From Candidatus Latescibacterota bacterium (GTDB lineage Bacteria > Latescibacterota > UBA2968 > UBA8231), in assembly GCA_965248265.1 (NCBI GenBank), contig CBDFJF010000002.1, forward strand, positions 1,952,001 to 2,016,000: a stretch of 64,000 nucleotides of DNA, written 5' to 3'. A program made the position numbers and the translations under genes. Below are positions 10,443 to 19,610 of this stretch, piece by piece; the first letter of the stretch is position 1; the number at the start of each line of letters is the position of its first letter. The notes beneath the pieces were generated by a model. The model saw only the letters and a program-made list of their open reading frames with translations. It did no database searches and was not told where the DNA came from.

Positions 10443-10779
10443 GCAACCCAACCTCTGCGCAATGCGAGCCTCGAGTACAAGATCAGAAACGCCTCCATAG
10501 CCAGCGGCACCAGCGCGATGTGAGCCGCCAGTGGTTGAACAATGCAATGCGCTGACGATTTCCGCAATCGTTGGTGCCAGATCGCGGTCTGAGTGGGGGC
10601 GATGCTGAGGCTCGAGGCCGGTCCTGTGCCACGCACATATCCGTGCCTATCCCGCCGCTCAGGCGAACCCGATCTCATCTCGACATCTCGCCCCGACCGA
10701 TCTACACTACCTAATAGCAGACTTTGTGCCCTGTGCTACCCTCAGTGCTACGAATGTCCCCCCAGCCCCGGAGCACGCC

Positions 10780-11295
10780 ATGCCTACTCACACCGGCGCA
10801 GTCGCAACAACCGGAGCCCTGCTGGTGATGGCAGCCACTTTCGCCACCTGCGGCTCGAGCGATAGCCCCACCGAGCCAGTCGCCAACTCCTGCTCCACCA
10901 CCATCCCACCTCAACCCGGGTTTCAGCCCCCAGAGCCCTGGCCGGTCACTCACCCGAACGAGGGGAGAGTCTGGTACGGTACCGGGGATCTCTGGACGTC
11001 GCTGGCCACCGACGGCAACCATGACTGGGGCAAGAGCGTGTGGTGGAGCGTCCACTTCGGCGGGGGGGCCATCGAGCCAGACCCCGAAATCGGTGTGGTA
11101 TGGCGCCGCCTCGACGATGGCTCGGCGTTGGTCATAGAAGAACAAGCCCCCGGAACCAACGCCTTCACCGAGGACCACGGCTGGGCCATGTTGAACGGGA
11201 TTGATCCCGACGAATCGGGATGCTGGGAGGTGACGGCCACTTACAGGGGCGCCACTCTCAGCTACGTCTATGAGTACACGGCTGACGACTCATGA
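10780..11295 (+). CDS. Hypothetical exported protein or lipoprotein
   Basis: Hydrophobic N-terminus ending FATC; C-terminal GCWEVTATY motif; stop overlaps the next start. Confidence 0.65.
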   Translation: MPTHTGAVATTGALLVMAATFATCGSSDSPTEPVANSCSTTIPPQPGFQPPEPWPVTHPNEGRVWYGTGDLWTSLATDGNHDWGKSVWWSVHFGGGAIEPDPEIGVVWRRLDDGSALVIEEQAPGTNAFTEDHGWAMLNGIDPDESGCWEVTATYRGATLSYVYEYTADDS

Positions 11296-13406
11296 GCCAA
11301 CCAGTACAAGGACGCGTCATTGAAAGAGAATCCGGCGAGGGCGTGCCGGAGATTCCGGTCACCAACGGAGAGTCGATCGTGCTGACCGGGCCGGACGGCT
11401 CGTTCAGCATCGACCTGGGGCCGCAACATCGATTTGTCTATCTGAGTACACCCGAGACCCATGACGTCGATGGGCTGTTCTACAAGGAGGCCTCCAGCCT
11501 GCGCGCTGATCCTCACGGGGCCGATTTTCATCTGGTAGCCGCACCGGAGAAGGCGAGTCCTGAATTCACGTTCGTGCAGATCTCCGACATCCACGTCATC
11601 GAGACCCAGAGCTTCCGCTCCATCGACCGCAATTCCCTGCGTTTCTATTCCAGCCGCGAGACCCTGGCCATGGCGCTGCATCAGATCGAGCGTGAGGCGG
11701 AGCCCGCCTTCATCGTGCCGACGGGGGACCTCACGCACCGGGGCAGCGAGGTGGAGTTGAGCAGCTGCCGGGACGCCATGCGCACGGTTGATACCCCGGT
11801 CTTAGCTCTCTATGCCGGACACGACGGCTCGACGGAGCACTTCGAGAACGGCAAAGGGAAAACGAGCACGCGGGTTTTCGAGGGGCTGTTCGGTCCGACC
11901 TGTTACAGCTTCGACCGGGGCGGCAAGCATTTCGTCCTCTACGCCGACGAGGACCTCATGTTCTCGGAGGAGGACCGGGAGCGCAAAAAGGCCTGGCTCA
12001 ACAGTGATCTGTCGATGCAGCCCCCAGATCGAGACATCTACGTCTTCGTCCACTGTCCTCCCACGACCGAGTTTCTGGAGAGCCTGGCGCAATACAACGT
12101 CAAAATGGTCATGTACGGCCATTATCACGCCAGCAAGCTGCAGCGGTTCGGCGACATCGATGTCGTGGGTACGCCGCCGGTCACCTTCGCCGGCATGGAT
12201 ACATCGCCAAGGGGCTATCGGTGGGTGCAATGCAACTCCAATGGTCACCGGATCGACTTCTGCCCCTTGAGTCTGTACGACGTGGCTGGCATGTCACGGG
12301 CGGCCGCGCCGGTCCTGCGCGGGAATGAATTCGGGAGGTGGCAGGTGAGGTGGAAGCAGGACCTGCCAGTGACCAGCCACCGCGCCGCGCCTGTCGCCGC
12401 CGACGGTGTCCTGCTGCTGAGTCAGCAGGACGAGACCCACAGCGGCCATGATGGCGTGCTGGCCCTCAACGCCGATTCGGGTGAGCTGTTGTACCATGTA
12501 GCCACGGAGACGTCGGTGAAGAACAGTGCAGCCCTGGTGCCGGATACCGGCAGCGCGGCGGCGCTGACGATCGCGGGTCGGCTGCACCTGTTCGACACCA
12601 AGACCGGGGAGACGCGGTGGACGCAGGAGTTGCCCGGGCATCCAATGCGGTATTTGTACACAACACCAGTCGCCGTTGATAGAATCATCTACGCCGGAGG
12701 CAAGGCAGGGTGCGGTGCCTTCGCCACCGAGGACGGGTCCCTGCTGTGGTACACGCCCCTCGAAGGCAGCTTCGATTTCCAGCCCTGCTTTGCCAGCCCG
12801 CAGGTGTTCGGGGACCTGCTCGTGGTCTCGCTTCAGGGTAAAGGCATGGCGGCCCTGCGGCGCAGCGACGGAGCTGTCGAATGGCAGAATGACTTCCGCG
12901 CCAAGTACCAGAGCGCGTCGGCCGTCGTTGCCGGCGACCTGCTGGCCACGGGGGGAAACTACACCGACCTGGGAGTGCTGTGGGGTGCCACCGGCGAAGT
13001 GGTCTGGCAGTTTCCCTACGAACACAAGTACGTCTGCGCCCTGGCTGCGGACGAGGGCTCGATGTACGCCGGAACGCCGACGGGGGAGCTGCAGTGCTAC
13101 GACCTGCAGACCGGAGAGCTGCGCTGGACCTTCCGCACCGGTGACGACCTCATGGACTTCTCGCCCTACCAGATGGGGGTACGGACCATCCTGGCAACGC
13201 CGGTACTGTTCAACGGCCACCTGCTGCTGGGCAGCTGCGACGGCTGGCTCTACATCCTCGACCCGGAGACGGGCGCCTGCCTGGATCAGACCTTCTTCGG
13301 CGCGCCGATCACGAGCGCTCCCTGTGCGGCCGGCGATCGGATCGGCGATCAGATCTACATCGCCACCTACGACCGCAAGGTGTACTGCCTGGAGCGCACG
13401 GAGTGA
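11292..13406 (+). CDS. Calcineurin-like metallophosphoesterase fused to a PQQ-type beta-propeller
   Basis: N-terminal Cna-B-like lead, SDIH, TGDL, AGHD and GHYH metal motifs, followed by Trp-docking repeats (TGETRW, DGSLLW, TGELRW). Confidence 0.88.
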   Translation: MSQPVQGRVIERESGEGVPEIPVTNGESIVLTGPDGSFSIDLGPQHRFVYLSTPETHDVDGLFYKEASSLRADPHGADFHLVAAPEKASPEFTFVQISDIHVIETQSFRSIDRNSLRFYSSRETLAMALHQIEREAEPAFIVPTGDLTHRGSEVELSSCRDAMRTVDTPVLALYAGHDGSTEHFENGKGKTSTRVFEGLFGPTCYSFDRGGKHFVLYADEDLMFSEEDRERKKAWLNSDLSMQPPDRDIYVFVHCPPTTEFLESLAQYNVKMVMYGHYHASKLQRFGDIDVVGTPPVTFAGMDTSPRGYRWVQCNSNGHRIDFCPLSLYDVAGMSRAAAPVLRGNEFGRWQVRWKQDLPVTSHRAAPVAADGVLLLSQQDETHSGHDGVLALNADSGELLYHVATETSVKNSAALVPDTGSAAALTIAGRLHLFDTKTGETRWTQELPGHPMRYLYTTPVAVDRIIYAGGKAGCGAFATEDGSLLWYTPLEGSFDFQPCFASPQVFGDLLVVSLQGKGMAALRRSDGAVEWQNDFRAKYQSASAVVAGDLLATGGNYTDLGVLWGATGEVVWQFPYEHKYVCALAADEGSMYAGTPTGELQCYDLQTGELRWTFRTGDDLMDFSPYQMGVRTILATPVLFNGHLLLGSCDGWLYILDPETGACLDQTFFGAPITSAPCAAGDRIGDQIYIATYDRKVYCLERTE

Positions 13407-13435
13407 CCGGGTACGGATAGACAGGAGCACGTTGG

Positions 13436-14287
13436 ATGAAACCGGAAGCCGCAGATCACGTATTGACCGAGCAGGAGCGCGAGCAGTTCGAGCGGGACGG
13501 TTACCTGATCATCGAAGACGCCCTGGAGCCGGATCACGTGCTGCGGTTGAAGGAGGCCGTAGACCGAGTCGCGACCGCGGAGCGGGCTGAACACGAGATT
13601 CCACCGGACAAGCGGGTGAGGGTCAACGACTTCACCTCCCGCGACGAGGCCTTCATGGACCTTGTGGACTGGTACCGGACCTTTCCCAAGGTGTGGGGGG
13701 TCCTGGGTTGGAATATTCAGTTATACGCGGCGACGCTGAAGGTCACACCCGCCAGGAACGAGGTGCAGGAGGGCGGGAAGATGAAGATGGGCTGGCACCA
13801 GGATACCTCGCGCCTGAACATCGAGCTGGAGACCTCACCGCGTCCGCGCATCTCGATGAAGATCGCCTACTTCCTCAGCGACTGCCGTGAGCCGGGACGC
13901 GGGAATCTGTACGTCATTCCGGGAAGTCACGAGATCAATAGCATCGACTTCGGGAACGGCGATCGGAAGAGTGAAGTAGATGGGGGCATTCCGGTGCTGG
14001 TACCCGAAGGCGGCGCCGTGTTGTTCGATCGCCGCCTGTGGCACTCGGCCAGCCGAAACTACGGGAACATGCCGCGCACCGTCCTGTTCTACGGGTACAG
14101 CTATCGCTGGTTTCGGCCCAGGGACGGCCAGTCAGCGGGCCGGTTCTGGGATGGTTTTGATCCGATCCGGCGGCAGTTGTTTGGGGCTTCGACTACCGCG
14201 AAGGGGTATACGTCGCCGACCGCGGAGGATGCGCCGTTGAGGGAGTGGATATGCGAGCATTGCGGGGAAGAAGCGGTTAGGGTGTGA
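13436..14287 (+). CDS. Phytanoyl-CoA dioxygenase (PhyH) family Fe(II)/2OG oxygenase
   Basis: FERDGYL, WHQD, IPGSH, LWHSA..N..R motifs. Confidence 0.92.
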   Translation: MKPEAADHVLTEQEREQFERDGYLIIEDALEPDHVLRLKEAVDRVATAERAEHEIPPDKRVRVNDFTSRDEAFMDLVDWYRTFPKVWGVLGWNIQLYAATLKVTPARNEVQEGGKMKMGWHQDTSRLNIELETSPRPRISMKIAYFLSDCREPGRGNLYVIPGSHEINSIDFGNGDRKSEVDGGIPVLVPEGGAVLFDRRLWHSASRNYGNMPRTVLFYGYSYRWFRPRDGQSAGRFWDGFDPIRRQLFGASTTAKGYTSPTAEDAPLREWICEHCGEEAVRV

Positions 14288-14581
14288 GGCGAAGCTCATT
14301 TACGAGCCGTGAACAGAATCGCCGTTTGCTTTTACCCAACCGAAAGGGAAAGGTGAGACACGGTGTAATTGTGAATCCTTGTCAATCCGTCGTGATCAAA
14401 CCCACGTTATGGTCGCAAAGGGCACACACCCTACAACTGATTCGGGTAACAGCACTTGAGGCGCACCTTGCACGCTGTCGGCACCACTTCGGGCGTGTTG
14501 CTATAACACATCTGCTGTTGCGACCGTACTCGGCTATGACACCTTGGACCAAGCCAGTGCTGAGGGGTGACATACGACTAT

Positions 14582-15199
14582 TCACAATGTGCACCGCCTA
14601 GCGACGATCCATCGAGTCGCCGTCTTCTGATCCCAGACATCTGAGGCGATCACTTCAAAGCCCGAAGCGCTTATGCTGTGCTCCAGCCTGGCTGTCGTGA
14701 GGCCGTGGATTGATGGAGCCAGGCCAACTGTCTGAAGCAGGCCGATCAGCAGTCGGAAGAGCCATCCCCGTTCTCCCAGGCACGGTGTCTGGCTGACCAA
14801 CAGCCCCTGGGGGAGCAGCAGATCCCTCAACCTCTCCAGTGTCGCTTCCACATCCTCCACCAGGTGCAGGACGTTCAGGGCAAGAGCAGCGGAGTAAGTC
14901 TTTCCATTGATCTCACGCACGTCGATGGTGTCAAACTGCATGTTCGCCACTCCGGCTGCCATCGCCTTGTCCCGGGCAAGAGCGATCATTCTGCTCGACG
15001 TGTCGATGGAATGGACCGACTGGACGGTTGTGGCCAGATCCACACTGTACTCACCGCTCCCACACCCGACATCGAGCAGGATGTCTTCATTGCTGAGAAC
15101 TTCTGCCACAGCTCTGATGGTCCGATCGTAGAGGGTGTCGTGATTTCGAATGTCGGCGTCGTACTTGTCCGCCCGGCGATCCCAGAATCTGGCGGTCAT
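14582..15199 (-). CDS. Class I SAM-dependent methyltransferase
   Basis: FWDRRADKY start, LLDVGCGSG motif I, NVLHLV; start overlaps the XRE stop (ATGA). Confidence 0.9.
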   Translation of the reverse strand: MTARFWDRRADKYDADIRNHDTLYDRTIRAVAEVLSNEDILLDVGCGSGEYSVDLATTVQSVHSIDTSSRMIALARDKAMAAGVANMQFDTIDVREINGKTYSAALALNVLHLVEDVEATLERLRDLLLPQGLLVSQTPCLGERGWLFRLLIGLLQTVGLAPSIHGLTTARLEHSISASGFEVIASDVWDQKTATRWIVARRCTL

Positions 15200-15444
15200 G
15201 TCGCGGAACGCCCCCCTTTCGTACGAGCACCGCTCGGGTACCCGAAGACATCGTCCAGGGGAACATCGAATACCTGTGCGATCTGGAAGGCCATCTCGAG
15301 AGAAGGTGAGTATCTCCCTTGTTCGATGGCGATGATGGTCTGCCGGGTTACCCCGACGCGCCTGGCCAGCTCGGCCTGAGTCATGTCGCCACTGGCCTGG
15401 CGCAGTGAGCGGATGTCGTTCGTCACCTTCGTCGGCTTCACCAC
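15196..15444 (-). CDS. XRE-family HTH transcriptional regulator
   Basis: MTQAELARRVGVTRQTIIAIEQGRYSPSLEMAFQIA signature. Confidence 0.93.
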   Translation of the reverse strand: MVKPTKVTNDIRSLRQASGDMTQAELARRVGVTRQTIIAIEQGRYSPSLEMAFQIAQVFDVPLDDVFGYPSGARTKGGRSAT

Positions 15445-15866
15445 GGCGGATGCCCCCGGCGATACGCGTGGATCTTCGCACCAGATCCGACGACGGACGA
15501 CAGGACGAACGCCAGATAGATGGCATTGCCAATCCAGAAGTGATCCGTCTCCATGACAGCCATGACGAGGGCAGCCATGCCTGCCACTATGACGACGAAC
15601 TGCCCGATATACTCACCGAAGTGGCCGATCTCGTGATCGCGTTGATCCACCTCGCCCACATCGTCCCGTACGATCGCGAACACGACTATGTGCGTGACGA
15701 TGGCGAGAATGATCCACGCGGCACACGCCCACAGCATCGCCTCCGCGTATGGGACATCAGTCAGCGGCTCTCCGTCAGCACGACTGAGGATCCGGGTCAG
15801 ATAGCCTGCGTAAACGAGCATTGGGATCAGCAGCATGATCCACGTGCTCTTCTCCTTGTAGGACAT
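15438..15866 (-). CDS. Membrane protein, DUF2178-like partner of the XRE regulator
   Basis: Four TM segments with a DQRD motif; overlaps the XRE start. Confidence 0.75.
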   Translation of the reverse strand: MSYKEKSTWIMLLIPMLVYAGYLTRILSRADGEPLTDVPYAEAMLWACAAWIILAIVTHIVVFAIVRDDVGEVDQRDHEIGHFGEYIGQFVVIVAGMAALVMAVMETDHFWIGNAIYLAFVLSSVVGSGAKIHAYRRGHPPW

Positions 15867-15878
15867 TTCCTTTCTCCC

Positions 15879-15944
15879 ATGTTAAGAATGTTTGACATTC
15901 AAGAAGATAGCTGCCGTGTATCGAATGTCAAGTATTTTTTACAT
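15879..15944. promoter_or_regulatory. Two 20-bp palindromic operators upstream of the membrane protein-XRE-methyltransferase operon
   Basis: ATGTTAAG-AATG-TTTGACAT (15879-15898) and ATGTCAAG-TATT-TTTTACAT (15925-15944); the second contains a minus-strand TTGACA. Confidence 0.7.
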
Positions 15945-15994
15945 GGAGTGGCTGATTCGGGGGATGAAACGGCCTACGGCGACATTTTCAGCTG

Positions 15995-16108
15995 TCACGT
16001 AAATCCAACGATTGCCCACAGGAAGTCTGCGTCAGCGCCGCTGGCTGGACTGGCGGGGAAGTGGAGGAGACCGAGGATGGCCAGGGTGATGGTGGATTTC
16101 GTGTTCAT
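15995..16108 (-). pseudogene. Signal-peptide-only ORF (5' remnant of a secreted-protein gene, or a small protein)
   Basis: GGAG RBS; MNTKSTITLAILGLLHFPASPASGADADFLWAIVGFT*, 37 aa. Confidence 0.4.
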
Positions 16109-16183
16109 GGGCCAGTGCGAACTCCAGATTAAGCGCCGGGTGTTGCCGGTTTCAGGCACGGCATGCGATCCGGCGTGGTTCGA

Positions 16184-16847
16184 TCAAGCGGCCAGACCCT
16201 TCCTGGACAATCTCCCAAGGTAGGTCTCCTCCGACAAGTAGAAATCGAAAAAGACCTGGTTGAAGTCGTCCGGGACGGATGCCTCTGGCAAGCCCGTGCC
16301 CATGATTTCAGTTCGCCACTTTTGAACCCGTGGAAACTCCTGGAGGAAATCGTAGCCGGCACCCTGTCGGATCAGCTCAGTGCGGTAGAGAATCGGCAGC
16401 CACCCGACATCCACGAAGCCAATCTCTGCACCATGGAAGAACGGACTCGAGCCCAGCTCGGTTTCCATGTGCCGGAAAAGGGGTGTGAGGTCGGCGGATC
16501 TCTCGGCCAACGTCTCCGCATCGGGGCTTCGCTGGGTCGAGCACTGGGTCAGGTAGTTGTCCGATGCCAGGTACGCGTGCGCTCGGGTCAGCGCCTTCTG
16601 CGTGGGATTCCCGGACAACAGCCGGCCAACGGAAAGCTCCTCGAGATACTCCATGATGGCGTCTGACTGAAACAGGCCCGCGCCCTCGTCTGTGATCAGC
16701 GCCGGGACTTCGCCTCCATCCGGGGACAGCTTCAACAGCCAATCTGGCCGAGGGTCCGACTCGACGTGCTCTACGACGTAGCGCATCTCTGTTGCCTCCA
16801 GCATGGCGCTGGACGTAGGGACAGATCTTCAGGCTGATGAGTTTCAT
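16184..16847 (-). pseudogene. Glutathione S-transferase family protein, frameshifted after codon 14
   Basis: MKLISLKICPYVQR (CPY motif, RBS AAGGAG) is in a different frame from MLEATEM...LSPDGGEVPAL...FQSDAIMEYLEE. Confidence 0.85.
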
Positions 16848-16937
16848 GCGATCTCCTTCGTCTTGATGTGAGTGACGCTTTCACACATGCAGACGGGGAA
16901 ATCGCAAAAAAGGACGCAACGATCGGGCAGGAAGAAA

Positions 16938-17552
16938 TCAGAGATCGGACCTTACGAAGGTGGTGACATATGTGCCTGTGTCTTCATTGCTCTGAGATTC
17001 TCCATCCACATGATGCCCTGCAACACGAAATCCACATGATACGAATGAGTCTATGTGGTTAGAGGTCAGCACCCATGGAGGACCGTTCTCAAAAGACCTT
17101 TCCTCTCCACTTACTTCGGCAATGACAAGGATCTGACCGCCAGGGGCTACAAAATTGGATAGATTGCGAATCAATTCCTTCTCGTACTTCGGGGGAAGGG
17201 CCTGAATCGTGAATATCTCAAGAACAAAATCAAATCTTCGTTGCCATTGAGGTTGAGCCTCCAGGAGATCGGCTTGTACGAAGTCCACCTTTGATAGAGG
17301 GAAGCGTTCTTTACAGAGTTTTACTGCTGTCTCAGACACATCGAAGGCTGTTACCTGGAATCCAAGAGATTCGAGTTCGATAGCATCGTCGCCCATCCCA
17401 CAGCCTACAACCAGTGCTGATTTGCCGTCACCTTCCAGTGAATGGTGGGTCAACCAATTAGCAAAAGAAGGATGTGTTGCCATGTTTGCCCAGGGAACAC
17501 CCTCACCATTGGCACTTGAACCAGCATATAGTGGCTCAAACCAATCTGAAGG
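16938..17552 (-). pseudogene. Class I SAM methyltransferase (TPMT/TehB-like), 5' truncated or nonsense-interrupted
   Basis: ALVVGCGMGDD, AFDVS motifs; the family-like segment PSDWFEPLYAG...VPWANM lies upstream of the ATG and is preceded by an in-frame TAA with no start codon; AT-richer than the flanks. Confidence 0.7.
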
Positions 17553-17593
17553 TTAGTTTTCCTGAATCCCGAATCGGTCTTGATTCTTGTTTG

Positions 17594-18385
17594 TCAAATT
17601 GTCCTTCGCGTTCGGCCGTAGACGTAGTGGGGGTCCATCGTTATCCCGCAATCCCATTCGACGGTGCCGTTCGCTACTCGCACCGCTGCGAAATCGTCAT
17701 ACGTGGTGATTTCATCGAAAGTGCCCGTTCTCATCCAGGAATTCATGTCGAGGAGGCCTGTTTCACCGGTGTCGAAAGTGACGACGAGCGAATTGTCCTG
17801 CTTTGGAATGACCTCGGTGACCATTGGACTTGCCTCCGATGTCGATAGACCGGATCCCTGATAGGCCTGTCCGACTTTCCAGCCAGCCAGCCTGAGAATT
17901 CGGTAAACGAAGGCTGTTTTTCCTTCGCTGTATGGACCTCTCCCTGATGGGAACTTGCGGATCAACTCCTTCTTGAGCTCCGCATACTCCTTGTGAGCAT
18001 CATGGTTGGCTCTCAGGTAGTCGCGGAACAGAATCTGGCGCACCCAGAATCCGCCGTGGTCCGTGTAGGCGATGGATAAGTGGAACTGGCGAGGGTTGCT
18101 CTTGGTGTAAAAATGACGCTCGGGCAAGCCGGAATGGGTGGCGGGGACGAATTCATACCCAATTTGCTCCAGGGATTCCGTGAATGCGTCGGCATCTTTC
18201 CAGCTCTGAATCATAACCGCGATATCGATAATCGGATTCGAAGGCATTCCTGCAATAGCCGTGCTCCCGATATGCTGGATTTCCAATGCGGCAGCGCCGA
18301 AGATCCCCTGCAAGTGGCGTTCTTCGGCGTTGTAGTCATCAGTCCAATTCGGCTGATAGGGGGTCAGCTGGGCTTGATTCTCCAT
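17594..18385 (-). CDS. GrpB (UPF0157) nucleotidyltransferase-fold protein fused to a C-terminal DUF2442-like domain
   Basis: IQHIGSTAI, PIIDI, FRDYLR, YAELK, YSEGKT (GrpB); then VTEV...LVVTFDTGETGLLDM...F..V.V..GTVEW..G..MDP..Y (DUF2442-like). Confidence 0.85.
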   Translation of the reverse strand: MENQAQLTPYQPNWTDDYNAEERHLQGIFGAAALEIQHIGSTAIAGMPSNPIIDIAVMIQSWKDADAFTESLEQIGYEFVPATHSGLPERHFYTKSNPRQFHLSIAYTDHGGFWVRQILFRDYLRANHDAHKEYAELKKELIRKFPSGRGPYSEGKTAFVYRILRLAGWKVGQAYQGSGLSTSEASPMVTEVIPKQDNSLVVTFDTGETGLLDMNSWMRTGTFDEITTYDDFAAVRVANGTVEWDCGITMDPHYVYGRTRRTI

Positions 18386-18442
18386 TTGAGCCTCACTTTG
18401 GCGTCTCAGTTTGTCGCCTCTCGAATTGTCTCCTCGATGACC

Positions 18443-18923
18443 TCAACGGGAGCCTCTCCACGGTGGCCACATATCGCTGGTCGTCCACTTTTTGAAGCCG
18501 GCGCGTACCAATGCTCCGCCCAGTATGGAACTCGAAAACCAGCAAAGCAGTGCGAAGAAGAGTGCCACCTGTACTGAATACCCTGCGATGCAAACTCCCG
18601 TGAGCCAGACGGCCCACAGGAGGATGATCTCAAACTGGTAGGCCCTGGAGCCTACCCCAATCAGGCGATAGACAACAAGGATGGCCAGGACTGTCAGCAT
18701 GTACATAGGCTTGACAGCGGTACCAATGCTTCCTGTCAATGGGGCAAGGGCGGAGCTCAGGACAGCAAGTGTTACCGCGAGAAGCGTACGCTGCCAGGAC
18801 AGCCACCACGGGAGAGCTGATCTGGGGCAGATCCCACCGCTTGAGTACAAGCGCCGACATCAGTGTGGCAAGCATCGCCATCACCACAAGTGCGGCAGCA
18901 TAGAGGTGAGTTGAAGTCATCAC
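18443..18923 (-). pseudogene. Multi-TM membrane protein with an apparent frameshift near 18790
   Basis: Hydrophobic N-terminus in ORF 18630-18923 continues as hydrophobic segments in ORF 18443-18850, another frame. Confidence 0.5.
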
Positions 18924-18939
18924 AAATGCGACCGACCGG

Positions 18940-18975
18940 CGACCATCGGGAGCGAACTGCAGCGCCTCGTTATGT
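18940..18975 (-). mobile_element. Truncated attC (left half only)
   Basis: Minus strand ACATAAC-GAGGC-GCTGCAGT, with the cassette gene's TAA stop inside R''; no matching L'/R' arm follows. Confidence 0.6.
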
Positions 18976-19293
18976 AAACATCAATTTTGATTTGACATCA
19001 CCACCGGCTAACTCACCATTCACATAGATGTGACAACCTGTGAGTATTCCAGGCCATTTGCTACCCAGCCTAACCAATATGTCGTACGACTTACCATCTT
19101 TTTCAACGAAGGCCTTATGTTCGCTTCCCATATTTTCCTTAAATCCATCTTCTACATCTTTTCTAACAGAGCTAAGAACCTGGCCATCTACCCATAATGT
19201 CTCCTCAGACGGCATACTAAGAGTATGTTTCCATCTATTTTCGAATTCGATGTGAATCTCTCCATTATCGTACTTCCATAGTTTTCCAGGCAT
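18970..19293 (-). CDS. Hypothetical protein, integron cassette gene
   Basis: 107 aa, visibly AT-rich, AAGGAGG RBS just after the attC GTT; stop codon lies in the next R''. Confidence 0.8.
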   Translation of the reverse strand: MPGKLWKYDNGEIHIEFENRWKHTLSMPSEETLWVDGQVLSSVRKDVEDGFKENMGSEHKAFVEKDGKSYDILVRLGSKWPGILTGCHIYVNGELAGGDVKSKLMFT

Positions 19294-19317
19294 TCAACCT
19301 CCTTAGCTGGTAGTTAA

Positions 19318-19438
19318 ATAAAACGCAGTGTTCAGCAGCGGACAGAGCCGCCGCTCGACACCTGAATCACGATTCGCTCAGCTGACGCACCGCCCCCCTT
19401 GATTCACTCTCAAACAGCCCGCTGAACACATGTTAGCG
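19318..19438 (-). mobile_element. attC-like recombination site (121 bp)
   Basis: Minus strand CGCTAAC-ATGT-GTTCAGC...GCTGAAC-ACTGC-GTTTTAT; complementary L boxes; no clear extra-helical base. Confidence 0.75.
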
Positions 19439-19610
19439 ACATGTAGATTCGCGTACGTTGCGACCGATGCGTATCCTTACGCAGATGGCGCTCCAGGGCG
19501 CCTCCTGTCCGCGGAAAGGGCCGGGCCCACCTGATTGTAGTGCCACGTCAAGTTATAGGACCTTCTTGGTCTGTGCGAGCGGACCCAGGCAACCTCGAGG
19601 AGGTCTCGCC

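Noticed and set aside
9061-10523. Long alternative-frame and antisense ORFs (also 4181-5371, 7027-8103, 12294-13430, 45608-46729)
   Set aside because: Shadow ORFs typical of high-GC coding DNA, overlapping well-supported genes and lacking motifs.
14290-14580. Group II intron fragment or structured RNA
   Set aside because: No GUGCG 5' end or domain V motif recognised; only a short GGTCGCAA/TTGCGACC inverted pair.
15200-15532. N-terminal extension of the methyltransferase ORF
   Set aside because: It overlaps the XRE and membrane genes in another frame; the real start is 15199.
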